Positions 1 through 10,811 are shown, numbered from the stretch's first letter. The stretch is DNA of 64,000 nt from an uncultured Gemmatimonadaceae bacterium (GCA_963817955.1 CAWFQK010000002.1:640001-704000), one strand, 5' to 3'. Made by a program: numbers and translations. Notes: generated by a model not told the origin, from the sequence alone.

Positions 1-1029
1 GTCGCCGTGCGGCAGCTGATGTTCGGCCACGAACGGAATACGCTCCGGCGTCGGGTTCCCGATCGACTCCGTGAGAATGCCGATGATGCCCTGGAAGTAG
101 CCGATGGTGCGCAGGCCGCCATTCCACCAGGTGGAGTAGCTCGAGCCAGAGCGCATGGTGAAACCGGGCTTGTTCTCCTCGAGCAAACGCTGATGGATGG
201 CTGCACCGACCATGTCGAGCCCCATCACCACGATCGGATCGATGTTGTAGTTGAATGGATCGCGGAACGGCGGCGAGAACATGACCGTGCCGGCGGGACC
301 AGTCTGGTGATGGTTATACATGATCACCGGATGCCAATCCCAGAACATCAGGTGATTGATATTCTTCGTCTCGCTCAGGTTCGACATGAACGAGTCGCGA
401 TTGTCGTCGTGGCCCGCGTATTTGTTGTAGAGCCGCGGAATGTTCATGTTCCGCTTGAGCGAATCCTGCTCCTGCATGTACCAGTTCGCCACCAGCTGCA
501 TGCCGTCGGGATTCGCATGCACCGCCAGGATGATGTCATCCTTGAGAATGCGCTGCGTCTCTTCATCGTTGCGGCTGATGAGCTGATAGGCCGTTTCGAT
601 GAGCTGATTCGCACCAAGGACTTCGGTGGCGTGCAGACCGCCGTCGTACCAGACGACCGCCTTCCCTTCCTTCGCCATCGCCTTGGCCTGCGCGTCGGTG
701 AGTCCCTCGCCCTTGGCGAGTCGCATGGAGATCTGGCGGTACCGCTCGAGATTCTTGAAGTTCTCCGGCGCCGTGATGATCGCGGCGAGCTGGGGACGTC
801 CTTCGGACGACTTCCCAATCTCGATCACCCGCATCTTGTTGGATTCGGTGCCGATCTTGTGCCAATACGCCATGAACTGGTCGTAGTTGGGGAGATAGTA
901 GTCGTCCCCGATATTGTGGCCGAAGAATTCCTTCGGCGTCGTGATGTGAGCCTGGGCACTGGCTGATGCCGCGACAAAGAGCAGCGGCAAAACAGCGGCG
1001 CGCCATGGGCGGAGTCCCCGAAGCAACAT
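1..1029 (-). CDS. Secreted M14-family zinc carboxypeptidase-like protein (5' part; runs off the left edge, absent from ORF track)
   Basis: Own translation from ATG at 1029 with GGAGG SD at 1036-1040: MLLRGLRPWRAAVLPLLFVAASASAQ (signal peptide)...GKSSEGRP...DGGLHATE (HxxE)...HANPDG...HDDNRD...YNHHQ. Confidence 0.85.
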   Translation of the reverse strand, partial: MLLRGLRPWRAAVLPLLFVAASASAQAHITTPKEFFGHNIGDDYYLPNYDQFMAYWHKIGTESNKMRVIEIGKSSEGRPQLAAIITAPENFKNLERYRQISMRLAKGEGLTDAQAKAMAKEGKAVVWYDGGLHATEVLGANQLIETAYQLISRNDEETQRILKDDIILAVHANPDGMQLVANWYMQEQDSLKRNMNIPRLYNKYAGHDDNRDSFMSNLSETKNINHLMFWDWHPVIMYNHHQTGPAGTVMFSPPFRDPFNYNIDPIVVMGLDMVGAAIHQRLLEENKPGFTMRSGSSYSTWWNGGLRTIGYFQGIIGILTESIGNPTPERIPFVAEHQLPHGD

Positions 1030-1230
1030 CCAGAACCTCCAAAGCAGGTGAAAGAGGAGCAGCGTGGCAGCCGGTGCGGTGGGCCGAGCACGCGAACAAA
1101 CACGGCGACTGACGCCTAGGATAGCTTACCCCATGGAAGTACGCGGCAGAAGGGTCGCGCGCTGACAACTAGGCCGCCAAGCCGGATGCGCGTGGCGCCC
1201 CGACCGACATCAGAGCCACGCACGACCTGC

Positions 1231-1986
1231 TTAGTTCGCGCGGGTCAGGACCCTCGTCCCCTCTTCCGTAATCGCCACCGTATGCTCGAAGTGCGCCGAG
1301 AGCGAGCCGTCTAGCGTGACGATCGTCCAGCGGTCAGCCAGCGTCTTGGTCGCCGGACCGCCGACGTTCACCATCGGCTCGATGGCGATCGTGAGCCCGG
1401 GTACGAGCTTCTCGCGCCGCTTCGGCTTGCCATAGTTCGGCACCTGCGGATCCTCGTGGAACTCCACGCCGATGCCGTGGCCTACGAGATCGCGCACCAC
1501 GCTGAAGCCCGCGCTCTCGACCACCGTCTGTACGGCCGCGCCGATGTCGCCGATATGATTGCCAATGACGGCCGCCGCGATGCCTGCCTCGAGCGACTGC
1601 AGCGTAACGTCGAGCAGCCGCTGCGCCTGCGCACTGATTGCACCAACCGCCACCGTCGTCGCACTATCGGTGAAGTAGCCCTTGTAACCCACACCGACAT
1701 CGAGCGACACGATATCGCCTTCCTTCAGCACACGCTTCTTTGACGGAATCCCGTGTACGATCTCGCTGTTCACCGACGAGCAGATGCTGCCGGGAAATCC
1801 GTACAGCCCCTTGAACGCCGGCGTGGCACCTTCGTGGCTGCGAATGAAATCTTCGGCAATCGTGTCGAGCTCTCCTGTGGAGATGCCCGGATGCACCGCG
1901 AGGCGCAGATGTTCGACCGTGGCGCCGAGAATCTTGCCTCCCGTCGCCATGAGGTCGATCTCGCGCGCCGACTTGAGCTGGATCAC
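1231..1986 (-). CDS. map: Methionine aminopeptidase type I
   Basis: SVNSEIVHGIP, SLDVG, GHGIG..FHEDP, IAIEPM, SAHFEHT motifs; GTG start overlaps the adk stop. Confidence 0.95.
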   Translation of the reverse strand: MIQLKSAREIDLMATGGKILGATVEHLRLAVHPGISTGELDTIAEDFIRSHEGATPAFKGLYGFPGSICSSVNSEIVHGIPSKKRVLKEGDIVSLDVGVGYKGYFTDSATTVAVGAISAQAQRLLDVTLQSLEAGIAAAVIGNHIGDIGAAVQTVVESAGFSVVRDLVGHGIGVEFHEDPQVPNYGKPKRREKLVPGLTIAIEPMVNVGGPATKTLADRWTIVTLDGSLSAHFEHTVAITEEGTRVLTRAN

Positions 1987-2618
1987 GGAACGAGCGCTCC
2001 CAGCGCGCGTGCGGTCACATCCTGAACGGCGCCAACGGCATTCACTACGACCACCTTGCCGCCGTTCTTCTGGTACCATTGCAGCACGGGCGCCGTCTGT
2101 TCGTCGTACACGCGAAGCCGCGTGCGGATCGCATCGGGCTCGTCGTCCTTGCGGCGAACGAGCGTGCCGCCACACTTCTCGCAGACACTGCCGGCATCGC
2201 GCCCCATATACGGCGTCTGGCAGGCCTCGCACACCGTACGGCCGCTGAGCCGCCGGACGATTTCGTCATTCTCGATATCGAACATCAGCACCGCGTCTAC
2301 TTTGCGGCCGAGCGTCTTGAGCATGTGATCGAGCCCTTCCGCTTGCGGCACCGTGCGCACGACGCCGTCAAGAATGACGCCATTGGCGTACTGTGGCCGG
2401 CTCAACTCTTCACCGACGATGCCGAGAATCACGGAGTCCGGCACGAGCTCGCCGCGCTCCATACACCCCTTGGCCTCGAGCCCCAGCCTGGTACCGGCGC
2501 GCACCGCGGCGCGCAGCACATCACCCGTGGCCAGCGTCGGCACGCCGAGCTCCGCGGCCAGCAACGGCGCCTGCGTGCCTTTTCCGGCACCGGGTTTCCC
2601 GAAGAGGACGATAATCAT
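1983..2618 (-). CDS. adk: Adenylate kinase with 4-Cys zinc LID
   Basis: MIIVLFGKPGAGKGTQA P-loop, GELVPD, ILDG, CEAC..CEKC, RKDD. Confidence 0.95.
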   Translation of the reverse strand: MIIVLFGKPGAGKGTQAPLLAAELGVPTLATGDVLRAAVRAGTRLGLEAKGCMERGELVPDSVILGIVGEELSRPQYANGVILDGVVRTVPQAEGLDHMLKTLGRKVDAVLMFDIENDEIVRRLSGRTVCEACQTPYMGRDAGSVCEKCGGTLVRRKDDEPDAIRTRLRVYDEQTAPVLQWYQKNGGKVVVVNAVGAVQDVTARALGALVP

Positions 2619-2728
2619 AGGGCTAGTTGCTGGACACGAGATGAATGGGAGGTGGATCAACGTGGAAAGAGGCCCGGCGAAAGCCGGGCCTCTCCGTACA
2701 ATCTAAGGTCGTCAGGTCTATCCGCTGT

Positions 2729-4066
2729 CTAGAACCCACCAGGCGCGCCCTGCCGTCCACGGAACCGAACGCGGCCCTTCTTCATGAAGCCGTCGTATTT
2801 GCGGAGGAGGAGGTGCTGGTTCATCTGCTGGATCGTGTCGAGCGCAACGCCGACGACGATGAGCAGCGAGGTACCGCCGAAGTTGAACGGGACGTTCACC
2901 GTCTTGAGCACCCAGATCGGAAGCAGTGCGACCAGCGTCAGGAAGAGCGCGCCCGGAAGCGTGATCTTCGATACGACGTCGTCGATGTACTCCGCGGTTT
3001 TCGCGCCGGGCTTCACGCCCGGAATGAAGCCACCCTGCTTCTTCAGATTCTCCGCCAGATCGACCGGATTGAAGATGATCGACGTATAGAAGTACGTGAA
3101 GAACAGGATGAGGATGGCCGAGAAGATGTAGTACAAGGTCGAACCAGGCGCCATCAGGTCGGCAAAGTCGCGCATGCGGGCGCTGCCCATGAACTGCGCA
3201 ACCGCACCCGGCACGACGATTACCGACTGCGCGAACACGATCGGCATCACGCCGGACGAGTTGATACGCAGCGGAATGAAGCTGCGGCTCGCCTCGCGCA
3301 TCCGGCCCCGCGCCATCGTGCGCTGCGGAATCTGAATGAGCACGCGCCGCGCCGCCATCGTCACCGCGACCACCGAGGCCACGACGGCAATCATGATCAC
3401 GATCAGTACGATCATGGAGAACGCACCCACCACACCCGTACTGATGAAGTTGAATGACTGAAAGATGCCTGGCCAGATCCGCTCGACGATCGAGAAGAAG
3501 ATCATGAGGCTGGCGCCGTTGCCGATGCCGCGCTCCGTGATCTGCTCACCGAGCCACATCACGAAGATTGCGCCAACGGTGAGAAAGAACGCCATTGACA
3601 TGCGGAAGCTGAACCCCGGATTCGCTACCGCGCCCGGGATCGACTCGGCAAAGATCGAGAAGCCCCAGCCCTGCACCGCAGCCAGCGCCACCGTCGCGTA
3701 ACGCGACCACTGATTGATCTTCTTCCGGCCTTCCTCGTCCTTCGACATCTTGTCGATCTGCGGCACCACGGCCTGTGCAATCTGCTGGAAGATGCTTGCC
3801 GAGATGTACGGCATGATCCCCAACGCGAACACCGTGGCCCGTGCGAGCTGGCCACCGGTGAACAGGTTGTACAGACCCAGCAGCCCGCCGCCGTTCTTCT
3901 GCGAATTGATGAAATCGCCGATCGCCTGCGGGTTGATACCCGGCGAGGTGATCGCTGCGCCGATCCGGTAGATCAACAGGCACAGAAGAGTGAAGAGGAT
4001 CTTGTCCTTCAGCTCGGGAGTCTTGAACAGACTCTGAACTGCCGACGCTGCGTTGTTTTGGGCCAT
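2729..4066 (-). CDS. secY: Preprotein translocase SecY
   Basis: FALGIMPYISASI, GIGNGASL, GVMPIVFA, GGFIPGVKPG, GGTSLLIVVGV; start moved to MAQNN just after the rplO stop. Confidence 0.97.
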   Translation of the reverse strand: MAQNNAASAVQSLFKTPELKDKILFTLLCLLIYRIGAAITSPGINPQAIGDFINSQKNGGGLLGLYNLFTGGQLARATVFALGIMPYISASIFQQIAQAVVPQIDKMSKDEEGRKKINQWSRYATVALAAVQGWGFSIFAESIPGAVANPGFSFRMSMAFFLTVGAIFVMWLGEQITERGIGNGASLMIFFSIVERIWPGIFQSFNFISTGVVGAFSMIVLIVIMIAVVASVVAVTMAARRVLIQIPQRTMARGRMREASRSFIPLRINSSGVMPIVFAQSVIVVPGAVAQFMGSARMRDFADLMAPGSTLYYIFSAILILFFTYFYTSIIFNPVDLAENLKKQGGFIPGVKPGAKTAEYIDDVVSKITLPGALFLTLVALLPIWVLKTVNVPFNFGGTSLLIVVGVALDTIQQMNQHLLLRKYDGFMKKGRVRFRGRQGAPGGF

Positions 4067-4067
4067 G

Positions 4068-4535
4068 TTACTCCTCGACACGGCCTCCGGCCGCGACAAT
4101 TTTTTCACGGGCACCGGCGCTGACCTTCAGCCCCTTCACCGTGATGGCCTGCGTGATCTCTCCATTCGAGAGCACCTTGACCTGACCCTTGGTGGCCTTG
4201 ATCAACCCCACCTCGGCGAGCGACTCCCGGGTAATCTCACCAGAGAGCTTCTGCAAATCGTCCAGACGGATGATCTGCGACTCGACTCGGAATGGGTTCG
4301 TGAAGCCGCGCTTCGGTAGACGACGCGTGATGGGCATCTGGCCGCCTTCGAAATGCGGCTTGCCACCACCTGGACCGTGATGCCCTGCGCGCGCTTTGCT
4401 ACCCTTGTGTCCCTTGCCGGACGTCTTACCCGTGCCAGAGCCCGGACCGCGGCCAAGGCGCTTGCGATTCTTGGTCGCACCGGGAGCGGCGCTCAGGTTG
4501 TGCAGCCCGATCTTCGAGCCCGTATCTCCTGCCAT
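4068..4535 (-). CDS. rplO: 50S ribosomal protein L15
   Basis: RLGRGPGSGTGKTSGKGHKG, FEGGQMP. Confidence 0.97.
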   Translation of the reverse strand: MAGDTGSKIGLHNLSAAPGATKNRKRLGRGPGSGTGKTSGKGHKGSKARAGHHGPGGGKPHFEGGQMPITRRLPKRGFTNPFRVESQIIRLDDLQKLSGEITRESLAEVGLIKATKGQVKVLSNGEITQAITVKGLKVSAGAREKIVAAGGRVEE

Positions 4536-4796
4536 CTACTTACCCTCCTCGACCAGCGCCACCTCGACAAGGTGGCGGACCTGCTTGAGTTGACCCTTCA
4601 GTCCAGGCGTGATCGCCTTCACCACGATGTCCTGGTGATGCTTGAGACCTATCGCCTCGAGCGTCGCGCGCATGCGCCACGAATGCCCAATACCGCTCCG
4701 GATCTGCTTGATGCGAACGTTGCCCGTTTCGGGGAGGTTCTGCTTCGGCGTCTTGGCCGGCCCCTTGCTCGGATGCCAAACGAATGTACGCGGCAT
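4536..4796 (-). CDS. rpmD: 50S ribosomal protein L30 with N-terminal extension
   Basis: VRIKQIRSGIG..RATLEAIGL..GQLKQVRHLVEV; ATG at 4796 overlaps the rpsE stop. Confidence 0.9.
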   Translation of the reverse strand: MPRTFVWHPSKGPAKTPKQNLPETGNVRIKQIRSGIGHSWRMRATLEAIGLKHHQDIVVKAITPGLKGQLKQVRHLVEVALVEEGK

Positions 4797-5644
4797 TAGA
4801 CCCTCTCCTTCGACTTGGCACGCGACCGGTACTGCAGGCTCGAGACCTCGATGCCGCGCTCGCGCGCGATCTGTTCGACGGTCGTCAAGTGCTGCAATCC
4901 GTCCATCGCCGCGCGCACCATGTTGTGCGGGTTCGTGGACCCGAGGCTCTTCGTAAGAATGTCTGAAATACCGGCGCACTCCATCACGGCGCGAACGGCG
5001 CCGCCGGCGATCACACCGGCACCAGGCGCAGCGGGCTTCATGAGGACTTTGCCAGCGCCATGCTTGCCGACGATTTCGTGCGGAATGGTGCCGCCCGTGA
5101 GCGGGATATTCACCATGTTGCGACGCGCAGCGTCAACAGCCTTGCGGACTGCCTCCGACACTTCGTTCGCTTTGCCCGACGCGAAGCCGACTTTGCCCTG
5201 GCCATCACCGACTGCCACGAGCGCGTTGAAAGAGAACCGGCGACCGCCCTTCACGACCTTCGCGACGCGATTGATGGCGATCACATTCTCGACGAGATCG
5301 CTGCCCTCGCCGCCACGACCGCGATCGTCACCGCCACGCCCGCCTTCACGTCCACCACGTCCGCCACGGTCACCACCGCCTCGGTTGTCACCGCCGCCTG
5401 GACCACCGCCGCCGGGACCACCGCGACCGCGACCCGCGCCACCACCGCCTGGAGCACCTCGGCCACGACCAGCGCCAGCGCCGCCACGGCCACGGCCACC
5501 GCCACCGCTGCGAGCACCACCGCCGCCGCCACCGGGACCACGACCGCCGCCGAAGCCGCCGCCCTGACCGCCCGTGGCGCCCTGGCCAGTCCGCTCACCG
5601 CCGCCGGTCGAGCCGGCTGGCGTCGAATTCTTATTCTGTTCCAT
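4796..5644 (-). CDS. rpsE: 30S ribosomal protein S5 with long Gly/Arg-rich N-terminal extension
   Basis: [47 protein letters not shown]. Confidence 0.97.
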   Translation of the reverse strand: MEQNKNSTPAGSTGGGERTGQGATGGQGGGFGGGRGPGGGGGGARSGGGGRGRGGAGAGRGRGAPGGGGAGRGRGGPGGGGPGGGDNRGGGDRGGRGGREGGRGGDDRGRGGEGSDLVENVIAINRVAKVVKGGRRFSFNALVAVGDGQGKVGFASGKANEVSEAVRKAVDAARRNMVNIPLTGGTIPHEIVGKHGAGKVLMKPAAPGAGVIAGGAVRAVMECAGISDILTKSLGSTNPHNMVRAAMDGLQHLTTVEQIARERGIEVSSLQYRSRAKSKERV

Positions 5645-5995
5645 TTAGAACTCCAACCCGCCTTCGCGGGCTCCGTCGGCCACCGCTTTCACGCGGCCGT
5701 GATACTTGTACCCGGCGCGGTCGAACACGACAGTCGTGATTCCCGCTTCCTTTGCCCGGGCGGCGATGCGCTTGCCTACCTCGACCGATTTCTCCGTCTT
5801 CTTGCCGACGATGTCCGTACTGGTCACCGTCATCAGCGTGCGGCCGGCGTCGTCGTCGACGAGCTGCGCGGTGATGTGCTTGAGCGAACGGAACACGACG
5901 AGACGCGGACGCGCCGCCGTACCCGACAATTTTTTGCGCACGCGGAGATGGCGACGAAAGCGATACTGCTCGCGTGTCTTCGGAATTGCTGGCAT
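5645..5995 (-). CDS. rplR: 50S ribosomal protein L18
   Basis: [41 protein letters not shown]. Confidence 0.97.
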   Translation of the reverse strand: MPAIPKTREQYRFRRHLRVRKKLSGTAARPRLVVFRSLKHITAQLVDDDAGRTLMTVTSTDIVGKKTEKSVEVGKRIAARAKEAGITTVVFDRAGYKYHGRVKAVADGAREGGLEF

Positions 5996-5997
5996 GG

Positions 5998-6537
5998 TTA
6001 CTTGCCCCCCGCCTTACCGGCCTTACGGCGAATGACTTCGCCAGCGTATTTGATGCCCTTCCCCTTGTATGGTTCGGGGGGACGGAGGTTGCGTAGCTCA
6101 GCTGCGACCTGGCCAACGAGCGCCTTGTCCGACCCGGCAATGATGATCGCCGTTGGCTGCGGCGCGGTCAGTTTGATGCCGGCCGGCGCCTTGTACTCGA
6201 TCGTGTGCGAGAAGCCCAGAGCGAGCTGCAGTCCGTAGGGACGCACTTCTGCCTTGTAGCCGACGCCCGTGATCTCGAGCTGTTTCTTGTAGCCCTTCGT
6301 CACGCCCTCCACCATGTTCGCGATCAGCGAACGGGTGAGGCCATGAAGCGACTTGTGATTCGTCTCCTCCGACGCGCGCAGCACGTTGAGCGTGTCGTTC
6401 TCGCGCTCCATCGTGATGCCGCCGGGGAGCTTGTGCGACAACTCGCCATTGGGGCCCTTCACCTTCACGGTATTACCGTCAACCGTCACCGTCACGCCGT
6501 TCGGCACGGTGATGGGAAGCTTTCCGATACGTGACAT
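5998..6537 (-). CDS. rplF: 50S ribosomal protein L6
   Basis: MSRIGKLPI...[12 protein letters not shown]. Confidence 0.97.
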   Translation of the reverse strand: MSRIGKLPITVPNGVTVTVDGNTVKVKGPNGELSHKLPGGITMERENDTLNVLRASEETNHKSLHGLTRSLIANMVEGVTKGYKKQLEITGVGYKAEVRPYGLQLALGFSHTIEYKAPAGIKLTAPQPTAIIIAGSDKALVGQVAAELRNLRPPEPYKGKGIKYAGEVIRRKAGKAGGK

Positions 6538-6550
6538 GGTCGTTGATCTC

Positions 6551-6949
6551 CTACCAGACGACGGCGACGAGCTCGCCGCCGGTGCGCGCCTGCCGCGCCT
6601 CACGGTCGGACATCAAGCCCTTGTTGGTGCTCACGATCGCGAGACCAAGCCCGTTGCGCACACGCGGGATGTCGGCCGCGCCAACGTACTTGCGCAAGCC
6701 TGGGGTCGAGACGCGCTGCAGTTGGCGAATGACGGACTGGCCGCCGGCGTACTTGAGACGCACGCGCAGCACATGCTTGCCCTCTTCTGTCTCGAGGGTG
6801 GTGTAGTCCTGAATGTAGTGGTTCTCCTTCAGGACGCGGGCGATCTCGGTCTTCATCTTCGACAGCGGCATATCGACGCGACGGTGCTTCGCTCCGCAAG
6901 CGTTGCGAATCCGCGTCAGCATGTCGGCGATCGGGTCACTCATGCTCAT
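6551..6949 (-). CDS. rpsH: 30S ribosomal protein S8
   Basis: DPIADMLTRIRNA, STPGLRKY, GLGLAIVST. Confidence 0.97.
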   Translation of the reverse strand: MSMSDPIADMLTRIRNACGAKHRRVDMPLSKMKTEIARVLKENHYIQDYTTLETEEGKHVLRVRLKYAGGQSVIRQLQRVSTPGLRKYVGAADIPRVRNGLGLAIVSTNKGLMSDREARQARTGGELVAVVW

Positions 6950-7096
6950 GAGAAATTCCTACTCCTCTCGTATCCTTGCGGACGTGGAGGATTGATGGTG
7001 AAAATGGGACAGCGGGAACAGCGGGTTCGCAGGACACGGGCAGCGAGATACGGAACACCGGGACACACCCCGACCCGCATCTCGTCTCTCCGTCCG

Positions 7097-7282
7097 CTAC
7101 CAGCTGGCTTTCCGCACGCCCGGGATCATTCCTTCCAGCGACAGCTGGCGGAAGCAGATACGGCAGAGGCCGAAACGGCGGAGGAACGCACGCGAACGGC
7201 CGCAACGGCCGCACCGGTGGTGAACCCGCACTTGGAACTTCGGCTTCCGCTTGCTCTTCTCGATCATGGCCTTACGAGCCAT
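7097..7282 (-). CDS. rpsN: 30S ribosomal protein S14 type Z (zinc-binding)
   Basis: 61 aa, RCGRCGR...[16 protein letters not shown]. Confidence 0.97.
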   Translation of the reverse strand: MARKAMIEKSKRKPKFQVRVHHRCGRCGRSRAFLRRFGLCRICFRQLSLEGMIPGVRKASW

Positions 7283-7305
7283 CGCAGTACTCTCTACTTA
7301 GGGTT

Positions 7306-7366
7306 GGTCGTGCTTGTTGCTGGTGGCTCGGTGCTGGTCGTTACCAGCAGCCAGTCACCAGTCACC
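7306..7366. repeat. Inverted heptamer-repeat hairpin (rplE/rpsN spacer)
   Basis: TTGCTGG/TGGCTCG units opposite CCAGCAG/CCAGTCA units. Confidence 0.6.
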
Positions 7367-7369
7367 CGT

Positions 7370-8047
7370 CTACATCGCCCTTCCGCCCTTCTTATCGTCG
7401 GAGCGGAACGGCAGGCCGAGCTCCTTGAGGAGCGCATACGCCTGGTCATCCTTGTTCGTGCTCGTGACGAGGGTAATGTCCATCCCGTGGATCGACTCGA
7501 TTTCGTCGTAGTTGATTTCGGGGAAGATCATCTGCTCCTTGATCCCAAGAGAGTAGTTGCCTCTCCCGTCGAACGATTTCGTGCCGAAGCCACGGAAGTC
7601 GCGCACTCGCGGGACCGCAACCGTAATGAACCGGTCGAGGAACTCCCACATGCGAGCGCCACGCAGCGTCACCGCCGCGCCAATCTCCTGGCCCTGACGG
7701 AGTCCGAAGTTGGCGATCGACTTCTTCGCCTTTTTGCGAACCGGCAGCTGGCCCGTGATGCGAGCCAGTTCGTCCACCACCGAATCGAGCGCCTTCGGCT
7801 GTTTGATCGCTTCGCCGACGCCCACGTTGATGACGATCTTTTCGAGCTGCGGCACCTGGTGCGGATTGGTAAATCCGAACTGCTGCGAGAGCTTCGGACG
7901 CACCGTCTCCTGATAAAATGCCTTCAGGCGCGGCGACGGAACTGGCAGCCCAGCGCCCGCGTGCGGACCCCGCTGCTTCGTCTCGCCCTTCTTGCCGCCC
8001 TTGGAAGAGCCGCCCTTCTTTTCCTTTTCCTTTTCCTTCGTCGCCAT
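7370..8047 (-). CDS. rplE: 50S ribosomal protein L5 with Lys-rich N-terminal extension
   Basis: [41 protein letters not shown]. Confidence 0.97.
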   Translation of the reverse strand: MATKEKEKEKKGGSSKGGKKGETKQRGPHAGAGLPVPSPRLKAFYQETVRPKLSQQFGFTNPHQVPQLEKIVINVGVGEAIKQPKALDSVVDELARITGQLPVRKKAKKSIANFGLRQGQEIGAAVTLRGARMWEFLDRFITVAVPRVRDFRGFGTKSFDGRGNYSLGIKEQMIFPEINYDEIESIHGMDITLVTSTNKDDQAYALLKELGLPFRSDDKKGGRAM

Positions 8048-8064
8048 AGTCTATTCCTCGAGCG

Positions 8065-8469
8065 TCAGCGCGCGCGGGGGATGGCTTCCCCGCTCTTCAC
8101 GCTGATCCGCTCCTTGGTTCCGTCTTCGTCGAGCTGCCGACGCACGCGCGTCGGTGCCCCGCTCTTGGGATCGAGCAGCATCACGTTCGAGGCATGGATC
8201 GGCGCCGGGAAATCCACGATGCCGCTCTGCTCGTCGGGCGTGCGTGCGCGGCGGTGCCGCTTCACGATGTTCACGCCATCGACTGTCACGCGACCGGTCT
8301 TCAGGTACACGCGCAGGACCTTGCCTTCCTTGCCCTTATCATCGCCGCGTACCACTCGAACCGTGTCGCCCTTGGCGACGTGCAGCTTCGCGCGCTCCGC
8401 GTTGTCTGCGTGGCGCTTGCGATTCACCGGCTTCGGCCGGTCCATCTTGCGATACTTGAGAATACGCAT
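8065..8469 (-). CDS. rplX: 50S ribosomal protein L24 with basic N-terminal extension
   Basis: [29 protein letters not shown]. Confidence 0.95.
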   Translation of the reverse strand: MRILKYRKMDRPKPVNRKRHADNAERAKLHVAKGDTVRVVRGDDKGKEGKVLRVYLKTGRVTVDGVNIVKRHRRARTPDEQSGIVDFPAPIHASNVMLLDPKSGAPTRVRRQLDEDGTKERISVKSGEAIPRAR

Positions 8470-8470
8470 G

Positions 8471-8839
8471 TCAGATCACCTCGGGCGCCAATGACACGAT
8501 CTTCATGTACTTCTTCTCGCGGAGCTCGCGCGCCACGGGACCGAAGATGCGGGTCGCCCGGGGCTCCCCTTGATCGTTGATGATGACGACGGCGTTCTCA
8601 TCGAACCGGATGTAGCTCCCATCCTTCCGTCGCGTCTCCTTCGCCGTGCGCACGACCACCGCACGCGCGACCTCCGACTTCTTTACCGTGCCGTTTGGCA
8701 GGGCGTTCTTCACAGCCACGATCACGACGTCCCCGAGCCCGGCATACCGCCGGCGGGTACCGCCCAGCACACGAATGACCTGTGCGGTCTTCGCGCCCGA
8801 GTTGTCGGCGACCTTGACCATCGACTCTTGCTGAATCAT
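8471..8839 (-). CDS. rplN: 50S ribosomal protein L14
   Basis: [35 protein letters not shown]. Confidence 0.97.
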   Translation of the reverse strand: MIQQESMVKVADNSGAKTAQVIRVLGGTRRRYAGLGDVVIVAVKNALPNGTVKKSEVARAVVVRTAKETRRKDGSYIRFDENAVVIINDQGEPRATRIFGPVARELREKKYMKIVSLAPEVI

Positions 8840-8851
8840 CGGTCGTCTCCG

Positions 8852-9136
8852 TTAGCGCGCCCGCGTGACGATTTCGACCACACGCCAGCGTTTGTCCTTC
8901 GACAGGGGACGCGTCTCCGCAATCCGCACCGTGTCGCCGGTCTTGGCGGTGTTCTCCTCGTCATGCGCTTTTACCCGCTTGGTGCGGGTCACCATCTTCC
9001 CATACACCGGGTGCGGCACGCGACGTTCGATCGCCACCACCACGGTCTTCTGCATCTTGTCGCTCACCACGACGCCTTCGCGTGTCTTCCGCGTGGCGCG
9101 CGTGTCAGCGCTGTTCGTATTGGTCATCTCAGCCAT
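8852..9136 (-). CDS. rpsQ: 30S ribosomal protein S17
   Basis: [25 protein letters not shown]. Confidence 0.97.
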   Translation of the reverse strand: MAEMTNTNSADTRATRKTREGVVVSDKMQKTVVVAIERRVPHPVYGKMVTRTKRVKAHDEENTAKTGDTVRIAETRPLSKDKRWRVVEIVTRAR

Positions 9137-9152
9137 GGGTCAGTCGCTCCTC

Positions 9153-9353
9153 TCATCCGCGCGCAGCGGTGGTCTGTTCGCGCAGCACCGTCTTGAGGCG
9201 CGCCAGGTTCCTGCGAATCACTCGTAGGCGCAGCGGGTCCTCGAGGGGCTCGGTCGCGCTCCGGAACTTCAGCCGGAACTGCTCCTCTTCGAGCTCGCGG
9301 ATCCGCGCCGCGATATCATCGTTCGCCATTTCGCGAATTTCGTCAGCTCGCAT
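9153..9353 (-). CDS. rpmC: 50S ribosomal protein L29
   Basis: [27 protein letters not shown]; position between rplP and rpsQ. Confidence 0.93.
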   Translation of the reverse strand: MRADEIREMANDDIAARIRELEEEQFRLKFRSATEPLEDPLRLRVIRRNLARLKTVLREQTTAARG

Positions 9354-9771
9354 GGGTCGGGGCCTCCTCTCGGGCAACGAACTTAGTCCTCACCGGCATC
9401 TTGGCCGCAGCGAGCGCCATCGCCTTCTCGGCGATTTCACGCGTCACGCCCTCGAGCTCGAACATCACTCGGCCCGGCTTCACCACCGCCACCCACAGTT
9501 CCGGAGAACCTTTGCCTTTTCCCATGCGGGTCTCGGCGGGCTTCTTCGTAATCGGCTTATCGGGGAAGATCCGGATCCATACCTTGCCGCCGCGCTTGAT
9601 GTGACGCGTGAGCGCCACACGGGCAGCTTCGATCTGACGAGCCGTGATCCACCCCGGCTCCAACGTCTGCAGGCCAAAGGTGCCGAACGAGATCTCGCTG
9701 CCACGATGGGCGAGACCCGTCGTACGACCCTTGAACCGCTTACGGAATTTGACGCGCTTTGGACTCAGCAT
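9343..9771 (-). CDS. rplP: 50S ribosomal protein L16
   Basis: [27 protein letters not shown]. Confidence 0.97.
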   Translation of the reverse strand: MLSPKRVKFRKRFKGRTTGLAHRGSEISFGTFGLQTLEPGWITARQIEAARVALTRHIKRGGKVWIRIFPDKPITKKPAETRMGKGKGSPELWVAVVKPGRVMFELEGVTREIAEKAMALAAAKMPVRTKFVAREEAPTHAS

Positions 9772-9786
9772 TGTCTCATCGCCTCC

Positions 9787-10446
9787 TTACATGCCGGAGG
9801 AGTAGGTGGTGCCGCGACGATCATCGACTTTCTCGCCCTTGAAGATCCAGACTTTGACGCCGATGGCGCCGAACGTCGTCCTCGCGGTTGACGTCGCGTA
9901 ATCGATGTCGGCGCGCAGCGTGTGCAGTGGCACACGACCCTCGTGATAGCCTTCGACACGCGCGATCTCTGCGCCTCCGAGCCGGCCACCCGCCTTGACC
10001 TTGATCCCCTGGGCGCCCATGCGCATGGCGCTCTGTACGGCACGCTTCATGGCACGCCGGAAGGAGATACGCTGCGCCAACTGGCTGGAAATGTTGTCCG
10101 CCACGAGCTGCGCGCTGAGCTCGGGACGCTTGATCTCTTCGACGTTGATTCCGACTTCCTTGCCGGTGAGATGGGCGAGCTCATCGCGGAGCTTGTCGAC
10201 TTCCGCGCCCTTCTTACCGATCACGACACCCGGACGGCCAGTGTGCAACGTCACGACGACCTTGCCCGGCTTGCGATCGATGATGATGTCCGCGATCGCT
10301 GCGTGGCCGAGCCGGGCCTTGAGATACTTGCGCAGCAACTCGTCTTCACGGAGCAGCGCGGGCAGTTCGCGTCCCGCGTAGTAGCGGGACTTCCAGTCCT
10401 TCGAGATTCCGAGTCGGAAGCCGATCGGATGTGTCTTCTGTCCCAT
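9787..10446 (-). CDS. rpsC: 30S ribosomal protein S3
   Basis: [37 protein letters not shown]. Confidence 0.97.
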   Translation of the reverse strand: MGQKTHPIGFRLGISKDWKSRYYAGRELPALLREDELLRKYLKARLGHAAIADIIIDRKPGKVVVTLHTGRPGVVIGKKGAEVDKLRDELAHLTGKEVGINVEEIKRPELSAQLVADNISSQLAQRISFRRAMKRAVQSAMRMGAQGIKVKAGGRLGGAEIARVEGYHEGRVPLHTLRADIDYATSTARTTFGAIGVKVWIFKGEKVDDRRGTTYSSGM

Positions 10447-10808
10447 TAGCGGCCTTCCTTCTCGGCGATTACGATTTCCACGTGGCTCGTCCGCTTCTGA
10501 ATTGGAGTGGCACGGCCCATCGCCGCGGGCATGAAGCGCTTGAGCTTCGGCCCCTCGTTGACGACCGCGTGCTTCACGTAGAGCGCGTCCACGTCGAGCG
10601 AAGTATTGCCCTCGCGCGCCGCGTGCTCGGCGTTCGCCACCGCCGAGCGCAGCGTTTTCTCGATCTGCTTGGCGGCGTGTTTCTTGGAAAATGCCAGATA
10701 GGCAAGCGCATCATTCACGCTCTTGCCGCGGATTTCGTCAATGACGAGCCGCATCTTGTAAGGCGACTGGCGCGCGGAGCGCTGAGTCGCGCGAGCTTCG
10801 GCAGCCAT
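10446..10808 (-). CDS. rplV: 50S ribosomal protein L22
   Basis: [28 protein letters not shown]. Confidence 0.97.
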   Translation of the reverse strand: MAAEARATQRSARQSPYKMRLVIDEIRGKSVNDALAYLAFSKKHAAKQIEKTLRSAVANAEHAAREGNTSLDVDALYVKHAVVNEGPKLKRFMPAAMGRATPIQKRTSHVEIVIAEKEGR

Positions 10809-10811
10809 GGG

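Noticed and set aside
7..966. 319-aa plus-strand ORF
   Set aside because: Antisense shadow of the minus-strand M14 peptidase; no motifs.
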